NCBI GenBank assembly: GCA_963664815.2
Contig: CAXXHB010000003.1
Location: 2,624,001-2,688,000, forward strand
Reading direction: 5' to 3'
Source: Spirochaetota bacterium
GTDB taxonomy: Bacteria > Spirochaetota > UBA4802 > UBA5550
Length of the DNA: 64,000 nt
Shown: positions 40,810 to 51,341 of the stretch, one piece after another
Position numbering within the stretch: the first letter of the stretch is position 1
Layout of the letters: the number at the start of each line of letters is the position of its first letter
Program-made: the position numbers and the translations under genes
The notes under the pieces: model-generated
Seen by the model: the letters and a program-made list of their open reading frames with translations, nothing else
Database searches by the model: none
What the model was told of the DNA's origin: nothing

Positions 40810-42912
40810 TCATTCTGTCTCTTTTTCTATAATCTCTCTTATTTTCTTTGAAAGTATTTCGACCGATACCGGTTTTTGTAAAAAATTATATCCTTCCTGC
40901 AGAACTCCATGGACGCTGATAATTTCTCCGGGATAACCAGATAAGAAAAGAGCCTTCAATTCTGGCCTTAACTTCAACAGTTCCATATACAACTCTTTAC
41001 CGTTCAATCCCGGCATTATAACATCAGATATAAGCAAATCAATCTTTCCATTAAAAACAGATGCAGCTTCAATTGCCTTACTGCCATCTTCTGCTATTAT
41101 AACATTATAACCTTTTTCCTCCAACATTAAAGTTGTCATTTCACGAACCTGTTTCTGATCCTCCACTACTAGAATTGTCTCCGCTCCATAATCTTTAAAT
41201 AGCGTATTATCAAATAATTCATTATCAGGTCTTTCATGCTCTGTAGGGAAATAGATATGAAAAGAGGCCCCTTTCCCTGGTTCGCTCACCAGCAGAATAT
41301 TTCCTCCATGTTGCTTGACAATCCCATACACTGTTGCCAATCCAAGCCCGGTTCCTCTTCCGGAATCTTTCGTTGTAAAAAATGGTTCGAAAATTCTAAT
41401 TTGAATTTCCGGTTCTATCCCTGTTCCTGTATCGCTCACCTCAAGCACCACGTAGTCTCCAGCTGATACACCATCAACTTTTTTAGCATATTCTTCATCT
41501 AGTACAACATTATATGTTTTTACTGCCAGTATACCACCACCAGGCATTGCATCCTGAGCATTCAGTGCAAGATTTAAAATTATCTGTTCTATCTGTCCGG
41601 CATCAGCCTTAATAAAATTAAGATTTTCAGACAAAGATATATGTATCTCAACATTCTCTCTTATCGTCCTGCGGAGCATCTTCTCAAAATCTTTTATTAT
41701 CCTGTTTAAACTCAGTGTTTTTACTTCGAGTGTCTGTTTTCTTGCAAAAGCCAGCAGCTGCCTTGTAAGCCCTCCTGCATGATCAGCAGCTTTTATTATT
41801 TCTTTTATCATGTTGTTCAGATTCTGAAACTTAACTGACTCATTTTTGATCATTTTTATGCATTCCTGAATAAAGGAAAAGCATAATGATAAAACATCGC
41901 TCTCGATACTGTTATTTTCAGGCTTAACAATCAATTTGAACATTTCCTGCGATTGATTATACAACTCTTCAGTATTTATTTTATATTCCCTGTTCATAGC
42001 CTCAATTTTCAATTCAATCAATTGAGAATAACCTAAAATCGCTGCGAGCATATTATTAAAATCATGGGCTACTCCACCAGCGAGCTGTCCGATTGATTCA
42101 AGTTTTCTGGTCTGGTGAAGCTGCTCCTCTAGTTTTTTTCTTTCCTGTTCCGCATCTTTCAATTCAGTAATATCCATAAGAGATGCTATGCTGTTTAAAT
42201 ATCCGGGTATCATTGTGACGCTGTTAATAATATACCGGATTTCTCCGTTTCTTCTTACGAATCTGAATTCATATTTTCTGGGCGCATCACCGGAATTGCT
42301 TCTGCGCGCATTATGATAATTACGCATTTTACTAAGATCTTCTTTATAAACAAAATCAGTCCAGCTCCTTCGACCTTCGCACTCTTCAATGGAATAACCT
42401 GAAAGCAGAGCCCATTCTGTATTTGCTCTAACTATGGTAGTATCTGGCGCAATTATGATTGAAGGTAACCCGGTATTTTCAAAAACCGCCCTATGCCAGG
42501 CTTCTGACTTTTTTTTATCTGTAATGTCCTGAATGAATACAAAACTTTTTTTTGTCCGCGGGATCATCGTTATATTGAGAGCCACATCTTTTTTTTCGCC
42601 GCTTTTGTTTACAAAATGGCATTCATATCCTTCGGGTACACTCGAAGGATCAACTCTGCGCATCCTGTGATATTCTTTCATCTTATCAAGCTCTTCACTG
42701 TCAGGTACAAATTTTATCCAGCTAATATTCCCTTGAACTTCTTCAATGGAAAACCCTGTAAGGTTTTCGAATGCCGGATTACATAGTAAAATGATCGTGT
42801 CTTCATCAACAAGCATCATTGGAAACTTTGCGGAGTTAAAAAATACTTTATATGTTATATCCCCAAAAGATTCATCACCTACGATGTTTTCATCATTTTC
42901 CTTAACAGACAT
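40810..42912 (-). CDS. Cytoplasmic hybrid histidine kinase (PAS-PAS-HisKA-HATPase-REC)
   Basis: Two PAS repeats, AGGVAHDFNN, NAQDAM, FEPFFTTK, GTGLGL, receiver VEDQ..DVIMP..KP. Confidence 0.93.
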   Translation of the reverse strand: MSVKENDENIVGDESFGDITYKVFFNSAKFPMMLVDEDTIILLCNPAFENLTGFSIEEVQGNISWIKFVPDSEELDKMKEYHRMRRVDPSSVPEGYECHFVNKSGEKKDVALNITMIPRTKKSFVFIQDITDKKKSEAWHRAVFENTGLPSIIIAPDTTIVRANTEWALLSGYSIEECEGRRSWTDFVYKEDLSKMRNYHNARRSNSGDAPRKYEFRFVRRNGEIRYIINSVTMIPGYLNSIASLMDITELKDAEQERKKLEEQLHQTRKLESIGQLAGGVAHDFNNMLAAILGYSQLIELKIEAMNREYKINTEELYNQSQEMFKLIVKPENNSIESDVLSLCFSFIQECIKMIKNESVKFQNLNNMIKEIIKAADHAGGLTRQLLAFARKQTLEVKTLSLNRIIKDFEKMLRRTIRENVEIHISLSENLNFIKADAGQIEQIILNLALNAQDAMPGGGILAVKTYNVVLDEEYAKKVDGVSAGDYVVLEVSDTGTGIEPEIQIRIFEPFFTTKDSGRGTGLGLATVYGIVKQHGGNILLVSEPGKGASFHIYFPTEHERPDNELFDNTLFKDYGAETILVVEDQKQVREMTTLMLEEKGYNVIIAEDGSKAIEAASVFNGKIDLLISDVIMPGLNGKELYMELLKLRPELKALFLSGYPGEIISVHGVLQEGYNFLQKPVSVEILSKKIREIIEKETE

Positions 42913-43163
42913 TAAATAATCCCGGTTTTGTTTTTTTACAATTTATATAATTATATTATTTATAATCACTCATCATATATAACTGATATTCCATTAGATA
43001 ATGTAACACCACTCTCTATTATCAACTGATATCGATAAATATTACTTTTATTGATATCAGATTACTTTATATTGAGGGTAATGTCCTGACTGATTCTTCG
43101 ATTATATCATGCCTAAAGGTTACAGAGAAAATAACAATCCAATTGTAACCTGTTATAATTCAA

Positions 43164-43451
43164 CTATTCAACAAATTCGATGCATGTTTTAATATCCATA
43201 CCCGGCTCAAGCAGCGGCATCACATCTTTAAAATTTTCCATGAAATTTGCCGAATGAACTTTGAGCGCATCCTTGTCAGCATACTTCTCGTAGAAAATGA
43301 TAGTTTTATCTTCACCTTTAACTATATGCGGAATATACTCAAGACATCCGGTTTCTGTAGTTTTAACCCGGGGAACAATCACTTTCAGTTTATCCTTCAC
43401 TTCTTCCATTTTACCGTCTTTCACCTTCATTGTTGCAATCAGTGTAACCAT
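43164..43451 (-). CDS. Antibiotic-biosynthesis/quinol monooxygenase (ABM) family protein
   Basis: ETGCLEY...IFYEKYADKDALKVH; GGAG RBS before MVTLIA. Confidence 0.85.
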   Translation of the reverse strand: MVTLIATMKVKDGKMEEVKDKLKVIVPRVKTTETGCLEYIPHIVKGEDKTIIFYEKYADKDALKVHSANFMENFKDVMPLLEPGMDIKTCIEFVE

Positions 43452-43800
43452 ATCACTCTCCATTCTTTTTTTTACCACAGATTAACCTGTATATCCAGTA
43501 TTGCAATTATATTTTGTTGATTATTGTACAACTCACGTTCACATTAATAATAAAAATATTCATCAGATGCATTGAAATATTTTTCTTTACTTTTAATATA
43601 ATGCTGTTTAAATTCACAATCTTATCATTGACAAATCCGATACAGACTGATCATATATTTATACATTTCACGGGAGAATTATCACATCTTACCATTCGGT
43701 TATATTCAGGGATCGTTACATAGCGCTGGTTGAGCAGCATATGCAGAGCAAAACCTAATTAATCCGAAGCTAAACAGTAATACTGATTCAATCGTTAATT

Positions 43801-44361
43801 TTGATAACTTATTTGCCGGAGAGAAATATTAATACAGAAGCTAAAATAAACCGCTGCAGGCCGGGATTTGGTGCTTCATGTTCATTCTGCTGCGGTAGCC
43901 ATAACTATACTCTCTCTCCTGATTTCATTGAAGAGATGTTCATAGCAAGGGGTAGTCAAACAGCACGGTTTACAGCGAAACATCCAGAAAGTACATGCAG
44001 CGAAAAGCTCGTCAAGGATGGTATGCAATGTCCTAATGTCGGTATAACTGATCAGGATCCCGGGATGGTGTGCTGTCTCACATATTTCGATGATCATACA
44101 GGATGCGAGTTTAAATCTTTTTTTAAAGGTACATGCAAAAGCTTTCTCTGTGTTGCCTGGAATGAACTCACAGACAGACAGGTATTATTTGCTGCAAAAC
44201 TTATGCGTGACTGGTACTATTACAGCCTACTAATAAACTCTCTGGAACTTTTAATGGAACTGTGTGCTGAATATGAAACCCCTGAAAATGTGCCACCTGA
44301 AATTCTTGAAGAACTGAAGATTGATCTTATAGGAAAACTGATGGAAGATGATATGATTTGA
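43801..44361 (+). CDS. Cys-rich hypothetical protein (start uncertain)
   Basis: SCSFCCGSHN, QCPNVG, VCC, CKSFLC, DWYYYSLLI. Confidence 0.65.
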   Translation: MITYLPERNINTEAKINRCRPGFGASCSFCCGSHNYTLSPDFIEEMFIARGSQTARFTAKHPESTCSEKLVKDGMQCPNVGITDQDPGMVCCLTYFDDHTGCEFKSFFKGTCKSFLCVAWNELTDRQVLFAAKLMRDWYYYSLLINSLELLMELCAEYETPENVPPEILEELKIDLIGKLMEDDMI

Positions 44362-44753
44362 TTTGATTTGATTTTAGTTATACTAAAAAATAAAAACTAT
44401 AATGAATATTTAGTTTTCTTCAGCAAAAAGCTCAAATATTGTTTTTTTAATAACATTCAGCCAGTACATATAACTGAAACTCAACATCAAGAATCTCTAC
44501 TGTTTCCCGATAAACTGAAGAATAATAAATCAGGAATAAAATCATGCAACTGTTTTTCATCCTTTACGGCGAATAGCCAGCTTAATCATACTACAATTGT
44601 TATCCCGGAAAACAATATTTTATTTACTTAAAATTCTTTAATTTTATAGACTTTTTCATTTCAATGTGATAATGTTGAAACATTTATTACAGATAACTGT
44701 GATGGACGACATCAGCTTTCATTATTATGTTGCCAGTAAATTAAGAGGTAATT

Positions 44754-45662
44754 ATGAAAATCGGAATTATCGGAGCAGGATCTCTCGGTTCATTATTTGC
44801 CCACTATTTTCAAGAGCACCTGATCAACTTTGTTATCTACGAGAAAAACAGCGATATTGTTGATAATATCCGTGAAAACGGACTTATCATGATAAAAGGG
44901 AATTCTTCAAAAACAATTAAAACATCTATAAGTTCATCACCTGATATTCTGAGTAATGCAGATGTGTTATTTCTCTTCGTTAAAAGTTATTCAACATCTG
45001 AAGCTCTTCAGGATGTGATATCTTACTGCAATAAAAATGTTATCCTCGTATCACTTCAGAACGGTCTCGGGAATATTGATGAAATAAAAAAACATTTTGT
45101 AAATGGTAAAATAGTATATGGTACTACAACAATCGGTGCAACAAAATCTTCTTTAAATTCCGTAGTCTCAGGCGGATCAGGAATAATAAATATCGGTGGA
45201 GATGAAAACGGTAACGTTCTCAAAATACATCATCTTTTAAACAGTGCCGGACTTAACTCGTACGTAGTTGACCGGCCTGATTATTTTCTCTGGCACAAGG
45301 CCGTAATAAATGCCGGTATAAATCCAATAGCAGCAATTCTCGGATTACCTAACGGAGGAATACTTGCAGATAAATACGCCACAATGCTTCAGGAATACAT
45401 TATAAAAGAAGCTGTAAATTGTGCAGTTGCCAATAATATCGATATGGATTTTTCTGAAATTCTTAGAACAACACGGGATATCTGCGAAAAGACTTCTATA
45501 AATATATGTTCCATGCTTCAGGATATCAGGAATGGGAGAAAAACCGAGATAGACAGCATCAATGGAAAAATAATACAATACGCAGAATGTAAAGGTATTT
45601 CAACACCATATAACATGACAGTGTATCTTATTATAAAATCAATGGAGACTAATCAGGAATAA
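44754..45662 (+). CDS. panE: 2-dehydropantoate 2-reductase
   Basis: IIGAGSLG, VKSY, SLQNGLG, W.KAVINAGINP, SMLQDI..GRKTEIDSING. Confidence 0.93.
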   Translation: MKIGIIGAGSLGSLFAHYFQEHLINFVIYEKNSDIVDNIRENGLIMIKGNSSKTIKTSISSSPDILSNADVLFLFVKSYSTSEALQDVISYCNKNVILVSLQNGLGNIDEIKKHFVNGKIVYGTTTIGATKSSLNSVVSGGSGIINIGGDENGNVLKIHHLLNSAGLNSYVVDRPDYFLWHKAVINAGINPIAAILGLPNGGILADKYATMLQEYIIKEAVNCAVANNIDMDFSEILRTTRDICEKTSINICSMLQDIRNGRKTEIDSINGKIIQYAECKGISTPYNMTVYLIIKSMETNQE

Positions 45663-46626
45663 AACCTATGGCCCTGTCTCTACCATCCTCTTTGGCTTTA
45701 TAGAGAGCTTTATCAGATCTTTCTTTAAGCTCATCAGCATTTGTTGCATTATATGGCAATGTTGCAAATCCCATACTGCATGAAAGCCTTAATTCTTCAT
45801 GCTCCGGAAATCTTAAATCTCTTATCGCAGAACACAAAGCATCACACTTCTGTTGTGCACATTCATGACCAGCTCCGGGAAATAAAAATATAAACTCATC
45901 ACCGCCATACCTTACAAGTATATCATCTTTGCTGAATACTTCCCGAAAAACCTGGGCCGAGGTTACTATCAGTCCGTCACAAAACTCCTGCCCGTACTTC
46001 GTGTTGAGAGACCCGAATCTGTCCATATCAAACATCACAAAGCTGAGACTGCTTCCCTCAGTTTTAGCCCTGTTAACAAGCCCTTCAAACGACTCTTCAA
46101 GGTAACGTCTGTTGAAGAGACCGGTTGCAGCATCAGTTATGGCACGTTTCCGCGATTCTGCTCCCCACTGAACCATCTGTGTCACAAAAGCACCTACATT
46201 CATTAGTCTCTTCACTGTTATCGCAAGCATGTTATTCATTATCTTTACAGCACATTCAGGCATAGTTCGAGTAATATGTGTAAAGTCATCAGTATGCATC
46301 ACAAGAAAAATACTATCTTCAACAGCCCTGCAATTGGCTGACCTCGGCGCCTGATCGATGATTGACATCTCTCCAAAAAAACTGCCGTCAGTAATTTCTG
46401 AGAGAACAACCTCCTTCCCCTCTGTATCAATTATGAATATAGAAACTTTTCCTTTTATAACAACAAATAGTTCATCCCCCGGGTCACCCTCTCTGCAGAT
46501 CAAATCACCTGCAGAAATATCCTTTTTTTTCATTTCAGCAGCGATTTTAGCAAGATCATCATCACATGTATCGGAAAAGATTGATACATTTTTAAGAATA
46601 TTCACATTATTATATTTTTGCATCAC
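45649..46626 (-). CDS. cNMP-binding domain diguanylate cyclase (GGDEF motif intact)
   Basis: FFGEMSIIDQAPRSA; DAATGLFNRR, FDMD, RYGGDEF, ALYKAKEDGRD. Confidence 0.9.
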   Translation of the reverse strand: MMQKYNNVNILKNVSIFSDTCDDDLAKIAAEMKKKDISAGDLICREGDPGDELFVVIKGKVSIFIIDTEGKEVVLSEITDGSFFGEMSIIDQAPRSANCRAVEDSIFLVMHTDDFTHITRTMPECAVKIMNNMLAITVKRLMNVGAFVTQMVQWGAESRKRAITDAATGLFNRRYLEESFEGLVNRAKTEGSSLSFVMFDMDRFGSLNTKYGQEFCDGLIVTSAQVFREVFSKDDILVRYGGDEFIFLFPGAGHECAQQKCDALCSAIRDLRFPEHEELRLSCSMGFATLPYNATNADELKERSDKALYKAKEDGRDRAIGFIPD

Positions 46627-47600
46627 TCTTTTACATCCTCCGGAAAAAGAATAACATTCCCACCCCTCGCACGTCCTGCAAGAGGAAGTTCATGGGTGAT
46701 GGATATTAATTCATCAGATGTATCGGCATGTCCGGGGAATATCGCTATCCCTATGCTCATTGATAAATACACATCATTGGTTTTAGTGGCTCCGGAAATA
46801 TCCAGATTATTGAACATTGAAAGAATCTTCTGAGCCTCTTTGAAACAATCCTCTCTTCCGAAGCCAGGGAGTATAACACCGAGTTCATTACCCATATAGC
46901 GGAGCACTGTTCCTCTATCACCCATAAAATGATTCAGCGCAACTGACATTATCTTTAAGGTGTCATCTCCGGCTTCATGACCATAATTATCATTAATATA
47001 TTTAAAATTGTCCGGCTTCATCAGTAGAAGCCCTACAGATTCTGATCTGTTCTTCATAAAACCAGGCAGCGTCTCTTCGAGAAATGTTTTATTATAAAGT
47101 CCAGTGAGCTTATCACCATAAACCTGGCGTTTCAGTTCCTGGATTAAGGCGGAGTTTTCTCGTACAAGGGAATTTGCATTTCTTATACGGCCTGATATTA
47201 TTTTTAAAAATTCATAAAGAATTATTGCCGCTATGCCGGGATGATTTTCCAGTATTTCACGAAAACTGTCAGACTTCCCCGGAATTCTCAACATTACAGT
47301 TTCTCCCAATGCGACACCGGATGCATTGAAATCCGCATCAGTAAAAAATTCGAGTTCTCCTATTATATCACCTGGTACAAGTTCTGCAATTATCGAATTA
47401 CCGTTATATGGATCACTCTTGAGAATCTGAACAGAACCGGAAACAACAATATATAAAACCCCCGATCTCCCGCCTTCGTTAAATATTTCATCTCCGGTAT
47501 TATACGAAATAAAGTCCGAATAACCGGAGATCAACTCCAACCCTCTCTCATCAAGCGATGAAAATATTTCAGCTTTCCGCAGCCAGTCTTTTTTTTCCAT
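46623..47600 (-). CDS. cNMP-binding domain protein with degenerate GGDEF (MGNEL)
   Basis: GDIIGELE; DKLTGLYN, KPDNFKYINDNYGHEAGD, RYMGNEL; stop overlaps the next start. Confidence 0.88.
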   Translation of the reverse strand: MEKKDWLRKAEIFSSLDERGLELISGYSDFISYNTGDEIFNEGGRSGVLYIVVSGSVQILKSDPYNGNSIIAELVPGDIIGELEFFTDADFNASGVALGETVMLRIPGKSDSFREILENHPGIAAIILYEFLKIISGRIRNANSLVRENSALIQELKRQVYGDKLTGLYNKTFLEETLPGFMKNRSESVGLLLMKPDNFKYINDNYGHEAGDDTLKIMSVALNHFMGDRGTVLRYMGNELGVILPGFGREDCFKEAQKILSMFNNLDISGATKTNDVYLSMSIGIAIFPGHADTSDELISITHELPLAGRARGGNVILFPEDVKE

Positions 47601-47964
47601 AATTATTGTATATTCTCTAAACTTAAAAAATTATTTATAATGATAATATTTCATTTCTAAATTAAAAAATTTAAAATTGTTTCTTAAAAAGAGTAAACAA
47701 CTACTTCTAAATACCTCCTTTTTTTTTGTAAAGAACTATACTTAAATATCAAACCTTATGTTTTCAGATAAAATTATTTTTCGAATAAATATTTTCAATT
47801 TAATTACAGATGTAAAACCTGTAAAAATTATAATCACTAAAGAACAAAACTCTGATAACCCGCTCATGAGAAATATCTAATCCCGTTGTAATCTCTTCAT
47901 CGACAGAATAACAAAAAGGCCCATCAAAATTTATTTTACACATTGCTTCGATTTTCCATTGATG

Positions 47965-48008
47965 GTCGTTCATCTAAAAATATTATATACTATTTTTAGA
48001 TGAACGAC
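47965..48008. repeat. Perfect 18-bp inverted repeat, 8-nt loop
   Basis: GTCGTTCATCTAAAAATA-TTATATAC-TATTTTTAGATGAACGAC. Confidence 0.9.
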
Positions 48009-48153
48009 TCAACAGACTTGTAAACAATAAATCTGACATGAATATCATATGATATATGATTACTTTAAAAAACAATCCATAGGCATAGATTTTTTTTAAC
48101 AAAATAAAACTTCCTGATTCAAAAAAAATATATTCTGTAAGGAGAAATAAAAT

Positions 48154-49302
48154 ATGAAGAAAAATAATTTTTTTTTATTCAGTACCGCATTTCTTTTTTT
48201 TATGGCATTTTCATCTATAATAATAGTAACAGGTGTTTTCTGCAAAGATAAAGACTCATTCGGATTATCAGATCAATCACCACTCCGGGATGGAAATTCT
48301 GTAGCCGATGCAGTAAAGGTTCAGGAGGTCTTTAAAAAAGTATATGAAATTAATAAAAATAGTGTTGTTTTCATAAGTACCGAACAGACAGTTAAATTAC
48401 AGCAAAATCCGTTTTTTAACGATCCGTTCTTCAGAGACTTTTTCGGACCCGAGATGAAACAACCAAAAACACAGAAGCGGACAGGATTAGGAACGGGCTT
48501 TATCATTTCAGAAGATGGATATATCTGCACAAATTACCATGTTGTTGCAGGTGTGGAAAAGGTAAAAGTTAAAGTAGATAAAACAAATTACGATGCTTCT
48601 GTTGTAGGTTTTGATGAACGTACAGACCTTGCCCTTCTAAAAATAAATGTTAAAGAAAAACTCACGCCTGTATATTTCGGAAATTCAGACTCCATTAATG
48701 TAGGTGACTGGGCCATAGCCATTGGTAACCCATTCGGCCTGGACAAAACTTTTACAGTGGGGATTATAAGTGCTTCTGCACGCCGGGATCTTGACCTTAT
48801 GGGGGACTCTCAGACACAGATTCAGACAGATGCATCTATAAATCCGGGAAACAGCGGTGGTCCGTTACTGAATATCTATGGGGAAGTCATAGGTGTCAAT
48901 AGAATGATTTATTCACAAAGCGGCGGAAATATAGGTATAGGATTTGCTATACCAATCAATACTGCAAAAAATGTACTTGAACAGTTGAAGAAACATAAAA
49001 AAATAAAACGTGGATTTATCGGTGTTCAGATAGTACCACTTACCGAAGATTACGCATCAGAGCTTGGATTAAAAGAGAATTCCGGTGCTCTAGTAGGGCA
49101 GGTAACCGAAGGCGGCCCTGCTGACAAAGGTGGTATAATAACTGGAGATGTAATACTTACAGTAAATGGTAAAGAAATAAATAATTTTGGTGATCTTATA
49201 ACAGAAGTAGAAAGTTCACAGATAGGAAAAACGTTGAAAATTGAAGTATGGCGTAACAAATCAAAATTAACTGTATTTATTACAGTTGGTGAGCGACCAT
49301 AA
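48154..49302 (+). CDS. htrA: HtrA/DegP-family serine protease with one PDZ domain
   Basis: TNYHVV, TDLALL, QTDASINPGNSGGPL, PDZ. Confidence 0.93.
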   Translation: MKKNNFFLFSTAFLFFMAFSSIIIVTGVFCKDKDSFGLSDQSPLRDGNSVADAVKVQEVFKKVYEINKNSVVFISTEQTVKLQQNPFFNDPFFRDFFGPEMKQPKTQKRTGLGTGFIISEDGYICTNYHVVAGVEKVKVKVDKTNYDASVVGFDERTDLALLKINVKEKLTPVYFGNSDSINVGDWAIAIGNPFGLDKTFTVGIISASARRDLDLMGDSQTQIQTDASINPGNSGGPLLNIYGEVIGVNRMIYSQSGGNIGIGFAIPINTAKNVLEQLKKHKKIKRGFIGVQIVPLTEDYASELGLKENSGALVGQVTEGGPADKGGIITGDVILTVNGKEINNFGDLITEVESSQIGKTLKIEVWRNKSKLTVFITVGERP

Positions 49303-49373
49303 GATGATCATTTAACAATTAATATTTAATACAGTTATACTGTCAATATATACTATATATTCTCATTTTTTAA

Positions 49374-49429
49374 TCCACACCCTTTAGATGCAGATATCTG
49401 AAAAACATCAATTTAATAAAGGGTGTGGA
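49374..49429. terminator. Stem-loop downstream of htrA
   Basis: TCCACACCCTTTA-N30-TAAAGGGTGTGGA; internal palindrome CAGATATCTG. Confidence 0.5.
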
Positions 49430-49610
49430 GCATGCATCCAATAATCACCGGAAAATTCAAATCAGTCATATGTTTTTATACTCTTTGCCAACAAATAATG
49501 ATTTTTCTTAAAACCTGTTTTCATATAAAAAATATTTTTTTATAAACCAGATTAACCGATAATTACAGAATAGAGTAAACAGTTTTTTATTCCAGCATTA
49601 AGGATTGATT

Positions 49611-50924
49611 ATGGCATCAGATAACAATAATCTATATAAAACATTTTCAATACCAATAATAATTGCAGCTGCTTTTATCTGTATTACTGCATCTGCACAG
49701 ACATCTGCTTTAACAGAAAATAAAAACATTCCCAAGAATGATATACAGACATTATACAACGGGGAAAATAAATCTTCAGGAAAAGAACCTGAAAAGAAAG
49801 GAACTGCAACAATAAAAACAAAAAATCAGACTATTCCTGATGATAAAGAGAAATCGACTGTTAAAGCACCGGATAAAACAGGAACCGATAAATCGAAAAA
49901 AAATACCGACCCCGGAAAAGATACAAAAAATCCTGAAGTATGGGATGACACAAAAAAAGCAGAGAAGATAGAATCCACACTGGAATATGGTATGCAGAAG
50001 GATAGAAAAACTGCAATTATAATGATTAACGACATTAAAGATGAACAGATAAAAAACCGGCTAATGCAAAAACTTGTATTTATTATTGAGAACGATTCAG
50101 ATATAGAAATAAAGAAAGCGGCCGTTACTGCAATCGGAGACAACAAATCAGTGTCATCAACCCAGGCACTGATAAAAGCCCTCGATGATCCATCTGATGA
50201 TATTAAAATTGCTGCCTGTTATGCCATTGGAAAAATCAATGCCGATGCGGCGAAACCAAAGCTTGTTGAATTGTTCAGAAAACAGGATCTTAAACTGGAC
50301 TCGAATCTCACCGATGCAATTATTATGACTCTATATAATATCAAAGCTCCCGACATTATCGACATTGCCGTTACAGCCGGAAAAGACAGCAGCACATCAA
50401 AGATAGTCCGTGAAAGGCTTATCATATATATAGGATATACAGGTTCGGCTGTTCAGAAAGTTTTTTTAACTGAGATTTACAAAAATGATGATGAGGAAAC
50501 GACGCTCCGCTCTTATGCAATAAAATCAATAGCAAAACTTAAGATTAAAGATGCATCGCAGGATATAAAAAATGTAATTAAAGAAATAGATTCCTATCCT
50601 TTCGGTAAAAGAAAAAAATACTATGATCTTTATATGTATTCCGTAGCAGCACTTGTCGAACTGGGTGATACAGATTCTATATCATTGCTGATGAATCCAC
50701 TCAGAAGTGACAATGCATCAGTGAGGCTTAAAGCAGTGAATCTTATAAAAGAATTCAATGATGAAAGAACAATTGACATATTAAAATATAAAATGAAAAA
50801 TGATCCAAGTGCTAAAGTACGTAAAGCCGCCCGTAAATCACTTGAAGAGAAAGGGCTTATTGAAAAAGGTAAAAGCGAAGAAAACACAAAAAATGATGGA
50901 GACAAAGAAGATAATGATGAATGA
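49611..50924 (+). CDS. Exported HEAT-repeat protein
   Basis: Signal peptide, low-complexity Lys-rich linker, HEAT/PBS-lyase repeats (LDDPSDDIKIAACYAIG; DPSAKVRKAA). Confidence 0.8.
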   Translation: MASDNNNLYKTFSIPIIIAAAFICITASAQTSALTENKNIPKNDIQTLYNGENKSSGKEPEKKGTATIKTKNQTIPDDKEKSTVKAPDKTGTDKSKKNTDPGKDTKNPEVWDDTKKAEKIESTLEYGMQKDRKTAIIMINDIKDEQIKNRLMQKLVFIIENDSDIEIKKAAVTAIGDNKSVSSTQALIKALDDPSDDIKIAACYAIGKINADAAKPKLVELFRKQDLKLDSNLTDAIIMTLYNIKAPDIIDIAVTAGKDSSTSKIVRERLIIYIGYTGSAVQKVFLTEIYKNDDEETTLRSYAIKSIAKLKIKDASQDIKNVIKEIDSYPFGKRKKYYDLYMYSVAALVELGDTDSISLLMNPLRSDNASVRLKAVNLIKEFNDERTIDILKYKMKNDPSAKVRKAARKSLEEKGLIEKGKSEENTKNDGDKEDNDE

Positions 50925-51339
50925 AGATAAGAACCGGTTTGAAACCGGAACTTTAAAAGGGAGAATGAAAGAAATATTATCAATTTCTTTTTTTGCATTG
51001 ATTGCTGTATTTGTTTCCATTTTATTATCTGATATTATATTTTTTCCTATTGCATATTATTCAGTCCGTAACGTTGATATTTTTAATATACTTTTTAAAT
51101 ATACAGGTCTATCTGTCATCTCCATCTTGATGATTACATTACTATATTTTAAAGTAAGATCACTTAACAGGGACGGATATACAGCCGGTTCGATTATTAT
51201 TTATGTTATCAGGCGGCCCTTTCAATACCTTGGTTTTTTTATTTTTGTTCTTTTACTGATATCATTGCTTATAATACTTACATATTTTTTATTCAGTTCA
51301 AATTACTACCATCTGCATAGAATAGCCGGCGGTGCATAA
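50917..51339 (+). CDS. Hypothetical 3-TM membrane protein (start uncertain)
   Basis: Hydrophobic segments; tightly packed between neighbouring genes. Confidence 0.65.
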   Translation: MNEDKNRFETGTLKGRMKEILSISFFALIAVFVSILLSDIIFFPIAYYSVRNVDIFNILFKYTGLSVISILMITLLYFKVRSLNRDGYTAGSIIIYVIRRPFQYLGFFIFVLLLISLLIILTYFLFSSNYYHLHRIAGGA

Positions 51340-51341
51340 AT

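Noticed and set aside
43720-43800. c-di-GMP-I riboswitch-like GCAAAAC stretch
   Set aside because: The required P2 helix with GAAA loop and the GACGCAAAGC element could not be built.
44368-44631. 87-aa ORF between the Cys-rich gene and panE
   Set aside because: TTG start without RBS, AT-rich intergenic composition, no motif.
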